The position numbers were made by a program, and so were the translations under genes. This document shows positions 38,362 to 49,063 of a stretch of 64,000 nucleotides of DNA, in pieces; the first letter of the stretch is position 1, and each line of letters opens with the position of its first letter. The notes beneath the pieces are model-generated. The model saw nothing but the letters and a program-made list of their open reading frames with translations, made no database searches and had not been told where the DNA came from. Source of the stretch: Candidatus Wolframiiraptor gerlachensis (lineage in GTDB: Archaea; Thermoproteota; Nitrososphaeria_A; Caldarchaeales; Wolframiiraptoraceae); NCBI GenBank assembly GCA_021323375.2, contig JAJPCT020000018.1:63556-127555 (forward strand). The letters run 5' to 3'.

Positions 38362-40362
38362 ATGAGTGAGACCCCTGTTAGCAGCTCCTCAGTAGCATCG
38401 GCGGAGGCCAGCAAGAGGTATTACGGGCATAAGCTGAAAGAGATTTGGTCAAAATCCCTAGAGAATCCTGAGGCATTCTGGAGTGAGGTCGCGGAGAACA
38501 TTGTTTGGTTCAAGAAGTGGGACAAGGTCTATGAATGGGATCCACCATTCGCGCGATGGTTTATCGGCGGGATCCTCAACGCCTCCTACAACGCTCTTGA
38601 CGTGCACTTGAAGAGGGGCCTGAAGAACAAGGTCGCGATATTCTGGGAGGGCGAGGAGGGTGCTTCCAAAGCCCTGACATACTATCAGCTCTGGAGGGAG
38701 GTTAACAAGTTCGCTAACGCTCTGAAGAAGCTGGGCGTCAAGAAGGGTGATAGGATCTCGATATACCTGCCCATGATACCGGAGCTCCCAATAGCGATGC
38801 TCGCTTGCGCCAGGATAGGCGCTATACACAGCGTTGTCTTCTCGGGATTCAGTGCGACGGCGCTAGCCGATAGGATAAATGACGCGGAGGCGAAGATCCT
38901 CATCACGGCGGATGGATTATACAGGAGGGGCAAGATAGTCCCCTTAAAGACGACGGCGGATGAGGCGCTCGCCATGACGAAGACCATTGAGAAGGTCATA
39001 GTCGTGAGGAGGGTTGGTCTCGAGAATACACCAATGAAGGAGGGCAGGGACCTATGGTGGCATGATGTCGTCAAGGATGTTGAGCCTTATTGCCCGCCCG
39101 AGCCCATGGAGTCGACGGACCCGCTCTTCATCCTCTACACGAGCGGGACGACTGGTAAGCCAAAGGGCGTGGTCCATAGCACTGGAGGATATCTCGTCTG
39201 GGTCTGGGCAACACTTAAGTGGGCATTCGACCCGCAGCCCGATGACATCTGGTGGTGCACGGCTGACATAGGCTGGATAACAGGCCACAGCTACGTGGTC
39301 TATGGCCCGCTAATGCATGGGCTGACGCAGATAATGTATGATGGAGCCCCCGACTACCCGGCCCCCGACAGATGGTGGGAGATAATCGAGAAGTATGGCG
39401 TGACGGCCTTCTACACCGCCCCAACAGCCATCAGGATGCATATGAAGTTCGGCGAAGAGTGGGCCAAGAAGCATGATCTCAGCAGCCTCAGAATACTCGG
39501 ATCTGTTGGCGAGCCGATCAACCCAGAGGCTTGGAGATGGTTCTACGAGGTCATAGGTGGCGGAAGATGCCCGATAATAGATACTTGGTGGCAGACTGAG
39601 ACCGGGGGATTCATGATCTCGCCGGCCGCCGGAATAGAGCTCGTCCCACTCAAAGCCGGATCCGCAACATTCCCGCTGCCCGGGGTTCATGCTGAGGTAG
39701 TAGATGAAGATGGTAGACCGGTCAAGCCCTTCGAGAGAGGATACCTCGTAATCCTAGCCCCGTGGCCCGGAATGCTGATGACACTGTGGAGAGACCCTGA
39801 GCGCTACAAGGAGGTCTACTGGTCCAAGTTCCAGCCGAACAAGTATCTCCAGTTCAAGATAACCCCGCCGGCAATCTACTACACCGGAGACTATGCGATG
39901 AAGGATGATGAGGGATACTTCTGGCTCATGGGAAGAGCTGATGACGTGATAAAGGTGGCGGGACACAGGATTGGCACGGCAGAGCTTGAGAGCGCTTTCG
40001 TCAGCCATCCAGCTGTCGCGGAGGCAGCGGTGATAGGGAAGCCGGACCCGGTGAAGGGCGAGAGCATAGTCGCCTTCGTCATCCTGAAGTCAGGACATCA
40101 GCCCACCGACGAGCTCAGGGACGAGCTGAAGATGCATATCAGGAAGACCATCGGCCCTGTTGCCACGCCCGATGCGATCTTCTTCGTCTCATCCCTACCA
40201 AAGACGAGGAGCGGCAAGATAATGAGGAGGGTCCTGAAGGCGGTGGTAAGCGGGGGACAGCTAGGAGATATCACGACGCTTGAGGATGCAGCCTCGGTCG
40301 AGGAGGCAAAGAAAGCGGTTGAGATGCTGAGAAAAGCCATGGAAGAGGCAACCAAGAAGTAA
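38362..40362 (+). CDS. acs: Acetyl-CoA synthetase (AMP-forming)
   Basis: [24 protein letters not shown] and [12 protein letters not shown] motifs. Confidence 0.96.
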   Translation: MSETPVSSSSVASAEASKRYYGHKLKEIWSKSLENPEAFWSEVAENIVWFKKWDKVYEWDPPFARWFIGGILNASYNALDVHLKRGLKNKVAIFWEGEEGASKALTYYQLWREVNKFANALKKLGVKKGDRISIYLPMIPELPIAMLACARIGAIHSVVFSGFSATALADRINDAEAKILITADGLYRRGKIVPLKTTADEALAMTKTIEKVIVVRRVGLENTPMKEGRDLWWHDVVKDVEPYCPPEPMESTDPLFILYTSGTTGKPKGVVHSTGGYLVWVWATLKWAFDPQPDDIWWCTADIGWITGHSYVVYGPLMHGLTQIMYDGAPDYPAPDRWWEIIEKYGVTAFYTAPTAIRMHMKFGEEWAKKHDLSSLRILGSVGEPINPEAWRWFYEVIGGGRCPIIDTWWQTETGGFMISPAAGIELVPLKAGSATFPLPGVHAEVVDEDGRPVKPFERGYLVILAPWPGMLMTLWRDPERYKEVYWSKFQPNKYLQFKITPPAIYYTGDYAMKDDEGYFWLMGRADDVIKVAGHRIGTAELESAFVSHPAVAEAAVIGKPDPVKGESIVAFVILKSGHQPTDELRDELKMHIRKTIGPVATPDAIFFVSSLPKTRSGKIMRRVLKAVVSGGQLGDITTLEDAASVEEAKKAVEMLRKAMEEATKK

Positions 40363-40452
40363 GCCCCCTCAAAAGATCATTTTTAATTCTTTAATCCTAG
40401 ACAAATCTTTTCCCCTTAATCCTCCAAAGTCTCCCATATTTGGTGGTTTGGA

Positions 40453-41292
40453 TTGGTGAAGGTTGGGATAGTTGGGGCTGGAAGGGTTGGGAGCACAGCC
40501 GCCTATACGCTTCTATCCCTCATGGATCTTGATGAGCTTGTTCTCGTGGATGTCTTGGGTGATCTAGCTGAGGGGGAGGCCCTAGACCTGATGCATGCGG
40601 CTTATGCTCTCGGGAAGCGGACGAGGATACATGGAGGCTCTGATTATGATCTTTTAAGGGGCTCAAACCTGATAATAGTCACGGCTGGCGCGGCGAGGAA
40701 GCCGGGGATGTCGAGGCTCGATCTGCTTAAGACGAACGCGGAGATAATGAGACGAGTCGCCGCAAGCCTCAAGGATGTTTGTGGTGACGCGGTGATAATG
40801 GTGGTCTCAAATCCCGTGGACCTGATGACATATCTTCTCTGGAGGGAGCTCGGGATCCCAAGGCATAGGATAATGGGAATGGGAGGCATCCTCGATACAG
40901 CGAGGCTCTGGAGCATCCTCGGGCAAAGGAGCGATGACATGGTTCTAGGAGAACATGGCGATAGCATGTTCATCCGCGGCGGGCATCATGATCTCGAAGA
41001 ACAGCTCAAGGGCCTGGCGATGGAGGTGATAAGGAGGAAAGGCGCGACAGTCTACGGGCCCGCGGCTTCAATCTATATACAGGCAAAAGCGATCCTCGCA
41101 GACTCCCAAGAGATTCTGCCAGTCTCCGCGATCCTAGATGGGGAGTATGGTCTCAGGAATATAGCCGTCGGGGTTCCAGCGAGAATAGGCCGAGAAGGAA
41201 TAATCGAGATAATAGAGTATGAGGATGCTCGTGATGGGATCATCCGCTCGGCATCCATTCTTAGGGAGAGGCTCCATGAAGCTGGCTACTAA
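40453..41292 (+). CDS. mdh: Malate dehydrogenase (LDH-like), compact
   Basis: GAGRVG, TAGAARKPGMSRLDL (Arg specificity loop), SNPVD, LDTAR and GEHGD motifs. Confidence 0.85.
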   Translation: MVKVGIVGAGRVGSTAAYTLLSLMDLDELVLVDVLGDLAEGEALDLMHAAYALGKRTRIHGGSDYDLLRGSNLIIVTAGAARKPGMSRLDLLKTNAEIMRRVAASLKDVCGDAVIMVVSNPVDLMTYLLWRELGIPRHRIMGMGGILDTARLWSILGQRSDDMVLGEHGDSMFIRGGHHDLEEQLKGLAMEVIRRKGATVYGPAASIYIQAKAILADSQEILPVSAILDGEYGLRNIAVGVPARIGREGIIEIIEYEDARDGIIRSASILRERLHEAGY

Positions 41293-41333
41293 GTTAGAAA
41301 GCTTTAAGCTAGGTTTTGTCACATTTGAGCGCG

Positions 41334-42614
41334 ATGGAGAGGACGAGTAGGATCCCGGGCTTTTACAAGCTCACGGTAGAGGAGAGGCTTAGGATAGTTG
41401 CAGAGTTTGCTGGGCTAAGTGAGGAGGAGGTTGAGCTCTTGAGGAAATATGCGGCGCTCGATAAGGATACTGCTAACAGGATGATCGAGAATGTGGTTGG
41501 GACGTTCCAGCTCCCGCTTGGGATAGCCGTGAACTTCCTGATTAATGGCAGGGATTACATGGTCCCCATGGTTATTGAGGAGCCGTCCGTGGTCGCGGCC
41601 GCCTCGAATGCCGCGAGGATGACGAGGGAGGGTGGCGGAGTCTTCGCCCAGAGCACGGAGTCCCTGATGATAGGCCAGATACAGCTCGTCGGGATCAAAG
41701 ACCCGTATGCCGCGAGGCTTGAGGTCTTGCGAAACAAGGAGGAGATACTGGCGATAGCTAACGAGCAGGACCCAGTCCTCGTCAATCTCGGAGGAGGGGC
41801 GAGGGATCTCGAGGCGAGGGTGATCGAGACGAGGCTCGGCCCCATGCTGATAGTCCACTTGATCGTTGATGTGAGGGATGCGATGGGAGCTAATGCCGTG
41901 AATACGATGGCTGAGGCTGTTGCACCAAGGCTCGCCTCGATAACAGGCGGAAGATACAGGCTCAGGATAATATCGAACCTAGCCGATAGGAGGCTTGTTA
42001 GGGCTTGGACGAGGATCCCGCCTGAGGCTGTCGGCGGGAGGGAGGTTGCTGAGGGGATTGTTGAGGCGTGGGCATTCGCGGACGCCGACCCATATCGCGC
42101 CGCGACGCATAATAAGGGGATAATGAATGGCGTTGACGCGGTTGTAATCGCGACCGGGAATGACTGGAGGGCTGTCGAGGCTGGGGCGCACGCATACGCC
42201 TGTAGATTCGGCACATATAAGCCGCTCAGCACCTGGGAGATTGATGAGAGGGGAAATCTCGTCGGGAGCTTGGAGATGCCGTTGGCAGTTGGGATAGTTG
42301 GCGGCGCGATTAGGACGAACCCGCTTGCGAGGATATGCTTGAAGATTCTCGGCGTTAAGACTGCTAGGGAGCTTGCAGAGGTGATAGGCGCGGTTGGCCT
42401 CGTCCAGAACTTGGCGGCGCTAAGGGCCCTAGCCGCCGAGGGCATACAGGCGGGCCACATGTCGCTTCACGCGAAGAATATAGCGATCATGGCGGGAGCT
42501 GTGGGCGATGAGATAGATCAGGTGGCCGAGATCATGGTGCGGGAGAAATGTATCAGGCTGGATCGCGCGAAGGAGATACTTGAAAAGCTGAGAAGAGAGA
42601 GGGAGAGGAAGTAG
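41334..42614 (+). CDS. hmgA: Class II (degradative/MvaA-type) HMG-CoA reductase
   Basis: MIENVVG, EEPSVVAA, DAMGAN, THNKGIMNG and GIQAGHMSLH motifs. Confidence 0.93.
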   Translation: MERTSRIPGFYKLTVEERLRIVAEFAGLSEEEVELLRKYAALDKDTANRMIENVVGTFQLPLGIAVNFLINGRDYMVPMVIEEPSVVAAASNAARMTREGGGVFAQSTESLMIGQIQLVGIKDPYAARLEVLRNKEEILAIANEQDPVLVNLGGGARDLEARVIETRLGPMLIVHLIVDVRDAMGANAVNTMAEAVAPRLASITGGRYRLRIISNLADRRLVRAWTRIPPEAVGGREVAEGIVEAWAFADADPYRAATHNKGIMNGVDAVVIATGNDWRAVEAGAHAYACRFGTYKPLSTWEIDERGNLVGSLEMPLAVGIVGGAIRTNPLARICLKILGVKTARELAEVIGAVGLVQNLAALRALAAEGIQAGHMSLHAKNIAIMAGAVGDEIDQVAEIMVREKCIRLDRAKEILEKLRRERERK

Positions 42615-42633
42615 AGCTGGTCGAGGAAGGCTG

Positions 42634-43227
42634 TTGATGAGCAGTTATCCCACGGCTGTCCAGAAGAAGGGTGTTAGGGTTCTAGGCGTGGCGGAGAGCT
42701 TTAGGAAGGATATTGGGGGGAAGGCAGCCCTAGCCGGGGTTGTCATGCGCGGCGACCTCATCATAGATGGCGTGGTGTTCGGCGAGTGCACAGTCGGTGG
42801 TATGGACGCGACAGACAGCATTCTCGAGATGTATAGGTCGCTTGGGAGGGAGGATATTATGCTCCTGATGCTGAATGGCTGCATAATAAGCAGGTTCAAC
42901 GTGATCGATCTTCAGAGGCTCCATGAGGAAACAGGGCTCCCCGTGATCTCCGTGACATACAACCCGAGCGCCGGGATCAGGGAGTATTTCATCAAGTATT
43001 TCCCCGATGACTGGAGGAAGAGGATCGAGGTCTATGAGAGGAATGGGCCGAGGATCGAGATGACGAATAAGAATGGCTTCAAGATCTATTTCAGGTCTGT
43101 GGGGCTGGATCCAGGCGACGCAGCCAAGATAATAGATCGATATACGATCTTCGGGAGGGTGCCCGAGCCGTTGAGGGTTGCAAGGATCCTCGCTCACGGC
43201 CTCCTCGAGCACATGAGGAAAAGATGA
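42634..43227 (+). CDS. DUF99 family (endonuclease V-like) protein
   Basis: LGVAESF, GGMDAT, FNVID and PEPLRVA motifs. Confidence 0.88.
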   Translation: MMSSYPTAVQKKGVRVLGVAESFRKDIGGKAALAGVVMRGDLIIDGVVFGECTVGGMDATDSILEMYRSLGREDIMLLMLNGCIISRFNVIDLQRLHEETGLPVISVTYNPSAGIREYFIKYFPDDWRKRIEVYERNGPRIEMTNKNGFKIYFRSVGLDPGDAAKIIDRYTIFGRVPEPLRVARILAHGLLEHMRKR

Positions 43228-43262
43228 TTACACAGCTGCTAGCGAGTCATGCTTGAAGAATC

Positions 43263-44306
43263 ATGGCGCTTTATCTTGTTGGGCTGGGCCTCGGGAGCAG
43301 CGGCTACCTGACGAGGATGGCTATGGAGGTTATTGCGAAATCGGATAAGGCTTACTTGGATACTTATACGAGCTTCCTCGAGCCGGAGCTCATCGAGGAG
43401 CTGAGGATTATCCTAGGCTCTAGGCTCATCGAGGCTGATAGAAGGCTCTTAGAGGAGGATGTCTCGCGCATAGTTGAGGAGGCTGGAGAGAGGGATATCG
43501 CGATTCTTGTCCCGGGAGACCCCCTGATAGCCACCACGCATATCTCGATCATCATTGAGGCTGCTCGCAGGGGCGTCAAGTATCATGTGATCCATGGCGT
43601 CTCAGCCCATTCGGCCCTCATCTCCGCCTCATGTCTCCAGGCATACAAGTTCGGGAAGATCGTGACCATTCCTAGGAGCGGTGTTGGCGTCGAGACATGC
43701 TATAGGGCGATCCTGGAGAACATGGAGCGCGGCCTTCACACTCTCATACTCCTCGACACGGCGGATGGAGGCCTAGACATACCATCAGCGATAAAAATGC
43801 TTATGCGGGTTGAGGACGAGTTTGGGATGGGCTTGATAACGCCTGAGAGGCTGGTAATATGCTTAGCTAGGATAGGGTTTGGGGATGAGTTCAGGTGGGC
43901 TGGAAGTCTTGCCGAGGCGCTTGAGAGAAACTACCCGCCGCCACCACATAGCATAATCTTCCCGGGAAGCCTCCATTTCTCTGAGGCAGAGGCGTTGGAG
44001 ACCCTGCTGGGCGCGAGCCCTAGAGTGATTGAACAGCATAAGCCGCCTTGGATCATCTGGCAGAGGCTACAGAGGTATATCGAGAATGTCGAGAACGCGC
44101 TGAGGGGGCTCGAGCTCATAGACCAATCAAGCGAGGTTAAGGAGGTCTTGGATCTAGTGGAGAGATATCTTGATGATTCGAGGAGGTTTCTCTCGGGCGG
44201 CCGCGGCCTCGACTCCTTGGCCGCGATCTCTTATGCCGAGGGGCTGTTAGACTGCCTCAGGATGCTCGGCAGGGTCAGGTTCTCATGGAGCTCAAGACAA
44301 GGCTAG
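43263..44306 (+). CDS. dph5: Diphthine synthase fused to DUF357
   Basis: LVGLGL, GDPLIATTH, YKFGK, GLHTLILLD and PPHSIIFPG motifs; C-terminal Y..DS..F...LAAISYAEGLLD. Confidence 0.92.
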   Translation: MALYLVGLGLGSSGYLTRMAMEVIAKSDKAYLDTYTSFLEPELIEELRIILGSRLIEADRRLLEEDVSRIVEEAGERDIAILVPGDPLIATTHISIIIEAARRGVKYHVIHGVSAHSALISASCLQAYKFGKIVTIPRSGVGVETCYRAILENMERGLHTLILLDTADGGLDIPSAIKMLMRVEDEFGMGLITPERLVICLARIGFGDEFRWAGSLAEALERNYPPPPHSIIFPGSLHFSEAEALETLLGASPRVIEQHKPPWIIWQRLQRYIENVENALRGLELIDQSSEVKEVLDLVERYLDDSRRFLSGGRGLDSLAAISYAEGLLDCLRMLGRVRFSWSSRQG

Positions 44307-45010
44307 ATCGTGATAAAGGACTCGATCGGTATATTGAACTCCTCCATGAGCCTCTCCTTAACCCCTCTCAGGGCTATTATCGAGAACATTCCCGAGATAT
44401 TCGCCTTAAGCTCCTTGCATAGGGCTATCATCGCCCTCATGGTGCCACCCGTCCTGATTATATCATCTACAAGGAGGACATACTCCCCCTTCTTCACGAG
44501 GCCTTTCGGGAGGTAGATGTATCGGTATGCCCCCGACTCGAATATCTGCTTAACCTCCACGAAGTCCCTTACGCCGATCTTCTTGCTCTTCCTCGCGATC
44601 GCTAAGCCTACTCCGAGGATTAAGGCCAGCTGATATGCGACCGGAATGCCGTCGGACTCCATCGTCATCACCCTATCAACCTTGAAACCCATGAGCTTCT
44701 CGAGCTCAGCTAGGACTATCTGCTTCAATAAAAGCGGGTCATGGATTATCTCGCTCGTGTCTATTGCCCCGACCTCATCTCTTGCGAGCCTCCGCCTAAC
44801 CTCATCCAGCAGGAACTCTCTCTTGAAGGCCGCCATGATGGCCCTAGACTTCTCGGGGCTCGGGAGAACATGCCCATTCACGTATCGCGAGAGGACGGCT
44901 GGCGGGAGGCCGAGGATGGAGGAGAGCCTCTCATAGGACATGTGCTTCTTGAGCATCCTAAGAGCCTCGATCGAGTTGAGCCTATACCAGAGCTCATCCA
45001 GCCTTCTCAA
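44303..45010 (-). CDS. HTH-fused phosphoribosyltransferase (purine PRTase-like regulator)
   Basis: SYERLSSILGLPPAVLSRYVNGHVLPS (HTH), DGIP and the PRPP motif LVDDIIRTGGT. Probable TTG start at 45010. Confidence 0.85.
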   Translation of the reverse strand: MRRLDELWYRLNSIEALRMLKKHMSYERLSSILGLPPAVLSRYVNGHVLPSPEKSRAIMAAFKREFLLDEVRRRLARDEVGAIDTSEIIHDPLLLKQIVLAELEKLMGFKVDRVMTMESDGIPVAYQLALILGVGLAIARKSKKIGVRDFVEVKQIFESGAYRYIYLPKGLVKKGEYVLLVDDIIRTGGTMRAMIALCKELKANISGMFSIIALRGVKERLMEEFNIPIESFITI

Positions 45011-45107
45011 CTCCCAGGCACCTAGAGAAGGTGGGCTTGGCTTGGAATTAAAACCTCCACCAAGCAAGCTGATCAATGGATAAATATGGTGGACCTGGAT
45101 TTGTGCG

Positions 45108-45578
45108 GTGATGGAGGAAAGGGCTGGGAAGCGCGTCTTAGCATCCGGGGCATTCGAGCTCCTCCATCCGGGCCATGTTAGGTTTCTTGCAGAGGCTAAG
45201 CGTGTTGGAGGCGAGGGCTCGAGGCTTATAGTCGTCGTGGCCAGGGATGAGACGATTAAGAGGAGGAAGGGGAGGGAGCCGATCCTTGGGGAGGAGGCTC
45301 GGAGGGAGATAATCTCAATGCTCAAACCCGTTGATGAGGTGATCCTCGGCCACGTCCCATTCTCATTTGAGAGGGTGATTGAGGAGGTGAAGCCGGATAT
45401 AGTGGTCTTCGGATATGATCAAGAAGACTTGATGAGGGAGTTCATGAGGTTTATCGAGTCCAGGGGGTTGAATGTAAAGGTCGTCAAGCTCGGGAAGTTC
45501 TCATCACATGGCCCATCCAGCACATCGGAGCTTATCAGGCGGGCGGCGGAGATCATGGGCAAGGGCTCATCATGCTAG
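45108..45578 (+). CDS. ribL: FAD synthase / cytidylyltransferase family
   Basis: GAFELLHPGH, VVARD, FGYDQ and SSTS motifs; adjacent to ribK. Confidence 0.85.
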   Translation: MMEERAGKRVLASGAFELLHPGHVRFLAEAKRVGGEGSRLIVVVARDETIKRRKGREPILGEEARREIISMLKPVDEVILGHVPFSFERVIEEVKPDIVVFGYDQEDLMREFMRFIESRGLNVKVVKLGKFSSHGPSSTSELIRRAAEIMGKGSSC

Positions 45579-46265
45579 GTCGAGTGGGCTCAAGCTCACC
45601 TTTACACACACAATATCCCCATCCCTCAGCCCAAGCTTCTCCCTAATGCAGACTGGCGACAGTATCTCGATAACCTCCCTCGGATAATGCGTCCTCTCTA
45701 TGAAGAGTATAGCGGCCTCCTCGTCCCCGACGCGCGCCTTGATACATCTCGCGCCGCCATAGGATCTCCTTCCATTACTAAACCTCTCTATCTCTATTCT
45801 AGCAGCCCTCTCCACCAGAGTCCTCTTCAATATATCGTCCCTACTAATTAGCCTCAGGTTCAGTGTTCCGGGATAGGGCTTGAACCCGAGCTTCTCCTCA
45901 AACTGCTTCATATAGAATGGTATCTGGACATAGTAGGCGCCCTCCCCCAGCCCGGTAAAGACCCTACCCGTGAGGATAATCTCGGACGGCCTCTCAAGAA
46001 CCTCCTTTAACTTGGCGTGAAGCGATAGCATTAGGTCGAGCGCCTTATCCGTCAGCCTTATAACAGTGCCTCTCCCCGAGGCCTCCCTCTCAATAAGCCC
46101 CTCCCTTTCAAGCTCTATCAAGAGCCTTGAGGCAGATTGCTGTGAGATCCCGATCTCCTCGGCGAGCTTTGCTGTAGAAATCCTGACGCCGCTGACTAGG
46201 GCATTCTCTTGGGCTAGGCGGAGGATAATCCTACCCCTACTGCTGAGGATCTCCTCAAGCGGCAT
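45570..46265 (-). CDS. ribK: CTP-dependent riboflavin kinase with an N-terminal HTH
   Basis: ISQQSASR.L, GLGEGAYYV, PYPGTLN and ERTHY..EILS motifs. Confidence 0.93.
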   Translation of the reverse strand: MPLEEILSSRGRIILRLAQENALVSGVRISTAKLAEEIGISQQSASRLLIELEREGLIEREASGRGTVIRLTDKALDLMLSLHAKLKEVLERPSEIILTGRVFTGLGEGAYYVQIPFYMKQFEEKLGFKPYPGTLNLRLISRDDILKRTLVERAARIEIERFSNGRRSYGGARCIKARVGDEEAAILFIERTHYPREVIEILSPVCIREKLGLRDGDIVCVKVSLSPLDLA

Positions 46266-46871
46266 TCAGATGCTTATGGTCTCGTTTAGCTTTAAGCCCT
46301 CTTCCGAGAAAAGTAGAAGGTCTATGCCGTTCCCGCTCGCCGCATCCCTCGCTATCGCCGCCTTTATCGCCTTTATCGCAAGAGCTCTAACATCCCCTGG
46401 TGATAGGTCGGGCCTATACTCAGCCTCGATCACGCCGATGGCTATCTCGGCGCCGGAGCCCACAACCGCGTAATCATCCTCTATCATGGAGCCTAGAGGA
46501 TCGAGGACTATGATATGCGGCCCGGTATCATCGAACCCACCAACAATGGTCTCCGCGATATAGGGTATAAACCTGCTATCGAACAGGTAGTTTGAGAGGA
46601 CCTTCGCGACGGAGACGACCTTAGGCTCCTTCCTATACGTGTATCTGTAGATGTTTATCTCGGCCTGAGCACCCTTCACTAGGATCTGCATGTCGCCGAC
46701 TAGGCCTGCGCAGGCGGCTCCTATCTTTGGGGTTATCTGGAAGACCTTCCTAACATTTTTGCTCATCACGAAGTAGCCGTAGGTTAGCCTCTTCTCCGAG
46801 GCCAGGACGACGGCGTCAGCTGTCTTTATGCCAATCGTGGTAGCGCCGGGGAGCGGGTAACGTAATGCCAT
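46266..46871 (-). CDS. psmB: Proteasome subunit beta (Thr1 position is Ala)
   Basis: GATTIGI, ASEKR, AGLVGD, GSGA and RDAASG motifs. Confidence 0.93.
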   Translation of the reverse strand: MALRYPLPGATTIGIKTADAVVLASEKRLTYGYFVMSKNVRKVFQITPKIGAACAGLVGDMQILVKGAQAEINIYRYTYRKEPKVVSVAKVLSNYLFDSRFIPYIAETIVGGFDDTGPHIIVLDPLGSMIEDDYAVVGSGAEIAIGVIEAEYRPDLSPGDVRALAIKAIKAAIARDAASGNGIDLLLFSEEGLKLNETISI

Positions 46872-46917
46872 ACTAACCGATTAGTGTTGGGTTTCCTAGT
46901 TCTTAACCTTTCGCACA

Positions 46918-48213
46918 CTAGCCATGGCGTCCCACTAGAAGGTTCTCCAAGAACCTCCTCCTCTCCTCTATCGTCTCCTCGTAAAGCCTTCGATAGAGCT
47001 TTTTCTCGGCCTCGCTCATCCCGTAACCCCTCCTAGCCATCATCCTCTCAGCGGCCTCGATCATGCGGTTCACGTCGACCCAGTCCCATACCCTCCCCTT
47101 AACATACCACGTGAATGGCGGCACATACTTGGGGTAGGGCTCGCCCGACGTGACGAGGTTGCACATTATGCCTATCATGGAGCCTGTTGAGAGGAGGGAG
47201 CCGATCCCGGTCTTCGTGTGATCGCCTATAAATGCGCCCAGCTTGATCATCCCAGTGTCCATGAGCTTTCCAGCAGCCGGAGCCCTGACAGGCCCATAAT
47301 CATTCTTTAGATCGCTGGTTGTTGTTAATGCTCCGAGATTCACCCACTCGCCGATATAGCTGTGGCCCACGAAGCCCGCATGATACTTGTTCGAGAATCC
47401 TTGGAATATCGTCTCCTCAACCTCTCCACCAACCCTGCATACGGGCCCTAACGAGGAGCTAGTGATCCTCCCGCCCACGATCCAAGATCCTCTCCCAATA
47501 TAGCATGGTCCGACAATATAGCTATGCGGGAAGATCACGGCATCATCATCGATTATTATTGGGCCGCTTGTCGAGTCTAAGACGACGCATGGATAGATCT
47601 TGGCGCTTCCTGAGACCATGACATCCTCCCTATCTCCCACCACGTAGATGCCCTCGCCGCCTGGTCTCACCCAGGGCTTAAGCCACCTAAGCCTCTCCAA
47701 ATCCCTCTCAAGCTCGAGCCGATGATATCTCACAAGATCCCATGGATACTTTACGAGCCTTGCCCCCTCAATCCCATGGGCTCCAAGCTCGCGCTCAGCC
47801 CTCTCAAGCACATCTCCAACGTTCCTGCACCCTATCAGAATCCTCTTGATATCATTCTTTCTGATGAACGCGTAGACTGGCTCGACATCCCCAATCGCGA
47901 CGCCATCCTCAAGCTTGAGGAGATTCTGGTCGAAGAGCCATCTGCCATTAACGAGGAGGAGATCCTCGCCTCTCATGAGCGCCTTGACATCATCAAGCGC
48001 ATGGACCTCACCGATGCCCCCAAGCCTCTCGCGAGCAACATCAAGCAACATGCTCCTAACATAGAAGACTATATGGCCCTCGACGCCTGACAGGATCTTT
48101 TCATAAAGCATGCTCGCGCCGCATCTAAGGGTATAGACCGGCCTTGCCAGCGTGAGGGGCCTTAGGAACTTCTCGGAATCATCCTCATAGACCGCCACGA
48201 GCACGCTAGACAC
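46918..48213 (-). CDS. GlmU-related sugar nucleotidyltransferase with a left-handed beta-helix
   Basis: PLTLARPV..LRCG, PWDL, hexapeptide repeats and SNKYHAGFVGHSYIGEWVNLGA. Confidence 0.82.
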   Translation of the reverse strand: MSSVLVAVYEDDSEKFLRPLTLARPVYTLRCGASMLYEKILSGVEGHIVFYVRSMLLDVARERLGGIGEVHALDDVKALMRGEDLLLVNGRWLFDQNLLKLEDGVAIGDVEPVYAFIRKNDIKRILIGCRNVGDVLERAERELGAHGIEGARLVKYPWDLVRYHRLELERDLERLRWLKPWVRPGGEGIYVVGDREDVMVSGSAKIYPCVVLDSTSGPIIIDDDAVIFPHSYIVGPCYIGRGSWIVGGRITSSSLGPVCRVGGEVEETIFQGFSNKYHAGFVGHSYIGEWVNLGALTTTSDLKNDYGPVRAPAAGKLMDTGMIKLGAFIGDHTKTGIGSLLSTGSMIGIMCNLVTSGEPYPKYVPPFTWYVKGRVWDWVDVNRMIEAAERMMARRGYGMSEAEKKLYRRLYEETIEERRRFLENLLVGRHG

Positions 48214-48220
48214 CCACTTC

Positions 48221-49057
48221 TCAAGGGCTTAAGTCTTCTCCAAGAACCCTCCTCAAGACCCTCTCAACACGATCTATGTCCATGGTATATGTTAGGTCGA
48301 GGACCCATGAGTCTAGCGGGATAACTTTTACCCCGCAGAGACCCTCATCTATCATGAGCTGGACGGCTGCTGTCAGCTCAAGCTCCCCCCTGACGGGATG
48401 AGGCTTAACGCGCCTACAAGCTTCGAATATCACCGGGCTAAACCTCCAGAGATTCATGTTCACGAGCATGCCATATCTCGTCCTATACGCCTCCGGGTTT
48501 TTGGGCTTCTCAATTATCCTGACGAGGTTTAGGTCATCATTAATCTCCATGACCGCAAAAGATCTAATCCTCTCGAGCCCGAAGTTCCCAGATGAGAGCA
48601 GGGATTCCAGCTTGAAGCCGCCAACATAGCATATGCCGTGATCTTCTGCCCTGATCACGGGCTCAAGGGCATCCCTCGGGTAAAAATTATCACCATTCAA
48701 CACGAGGAAGACGTCATCTTCGGCGAATTCCTTGGCGGCATAGACGGCGTCAGCGGTCCCAAGAGGCCTCTCTTGGATCGCGAAGCTGATAGAGATCCCC
48801 AGCTCCCGGCCAACCTCATCAAAATAGCTCCTTAGCTCAAGATGCTCCGGCCCAATGACGAGGCAGATCTCATGGACCTCAAGCCCTGCGAGAACCTTCA
48901 GCTGATGATAGATGAATGGCTTTCCGGAGATGGGAATAAATGGCTTCCAGCCGAGCCTTGCGAACTTCTCAACCTGTGGGTCGAGGGGTACCTGGTCCAA
49001 GCTGCTCCTCATCCTCTTGCCCATTCCACGCGCGAGGATCACGGCTTTGCCGATCAA
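48221..49057 (-). CDS. Sugar-phosphate nucleotidyltransferase
   Basis: VILARGMGKRM, QERPLGTADA, NGDN, EKP and RGELELT motifs. Confidence 0.88.
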   Translation of the reverse strand: MIGKAVILARGMGKRMRSSLDQVPLDPQVEKFARLGWKPFIPISGKPFIYHQLKVLAGLEVHEICLVIGPEHLELRSYFDEVGRELGISISFAIQERPLGTADAVYAAKEFAEDDVFLVLNGDNFYPRDALEPVIRAEDHGICYVGGFKLESLLSSGNFGLERIRSFAVMEINDDLNLVRIIEKPKNPEAYRTRYGMLVNMNLWRFSPVIFEACRRVKPHPVRGELELTAAVQLMIDEGLCGVKVIPLDSWVLDLTYTMDIDRVERVLRRVLGEDLSP

Positions 49058-49063
49058 CCTTGA

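Noticed and set aside
45011-45325. N-terminal 105-aa extension of the PRTase ORF
   Set aside because: It overlaps ribL on the opposite strand; recognisable domain sequence begins near TTG 45010.
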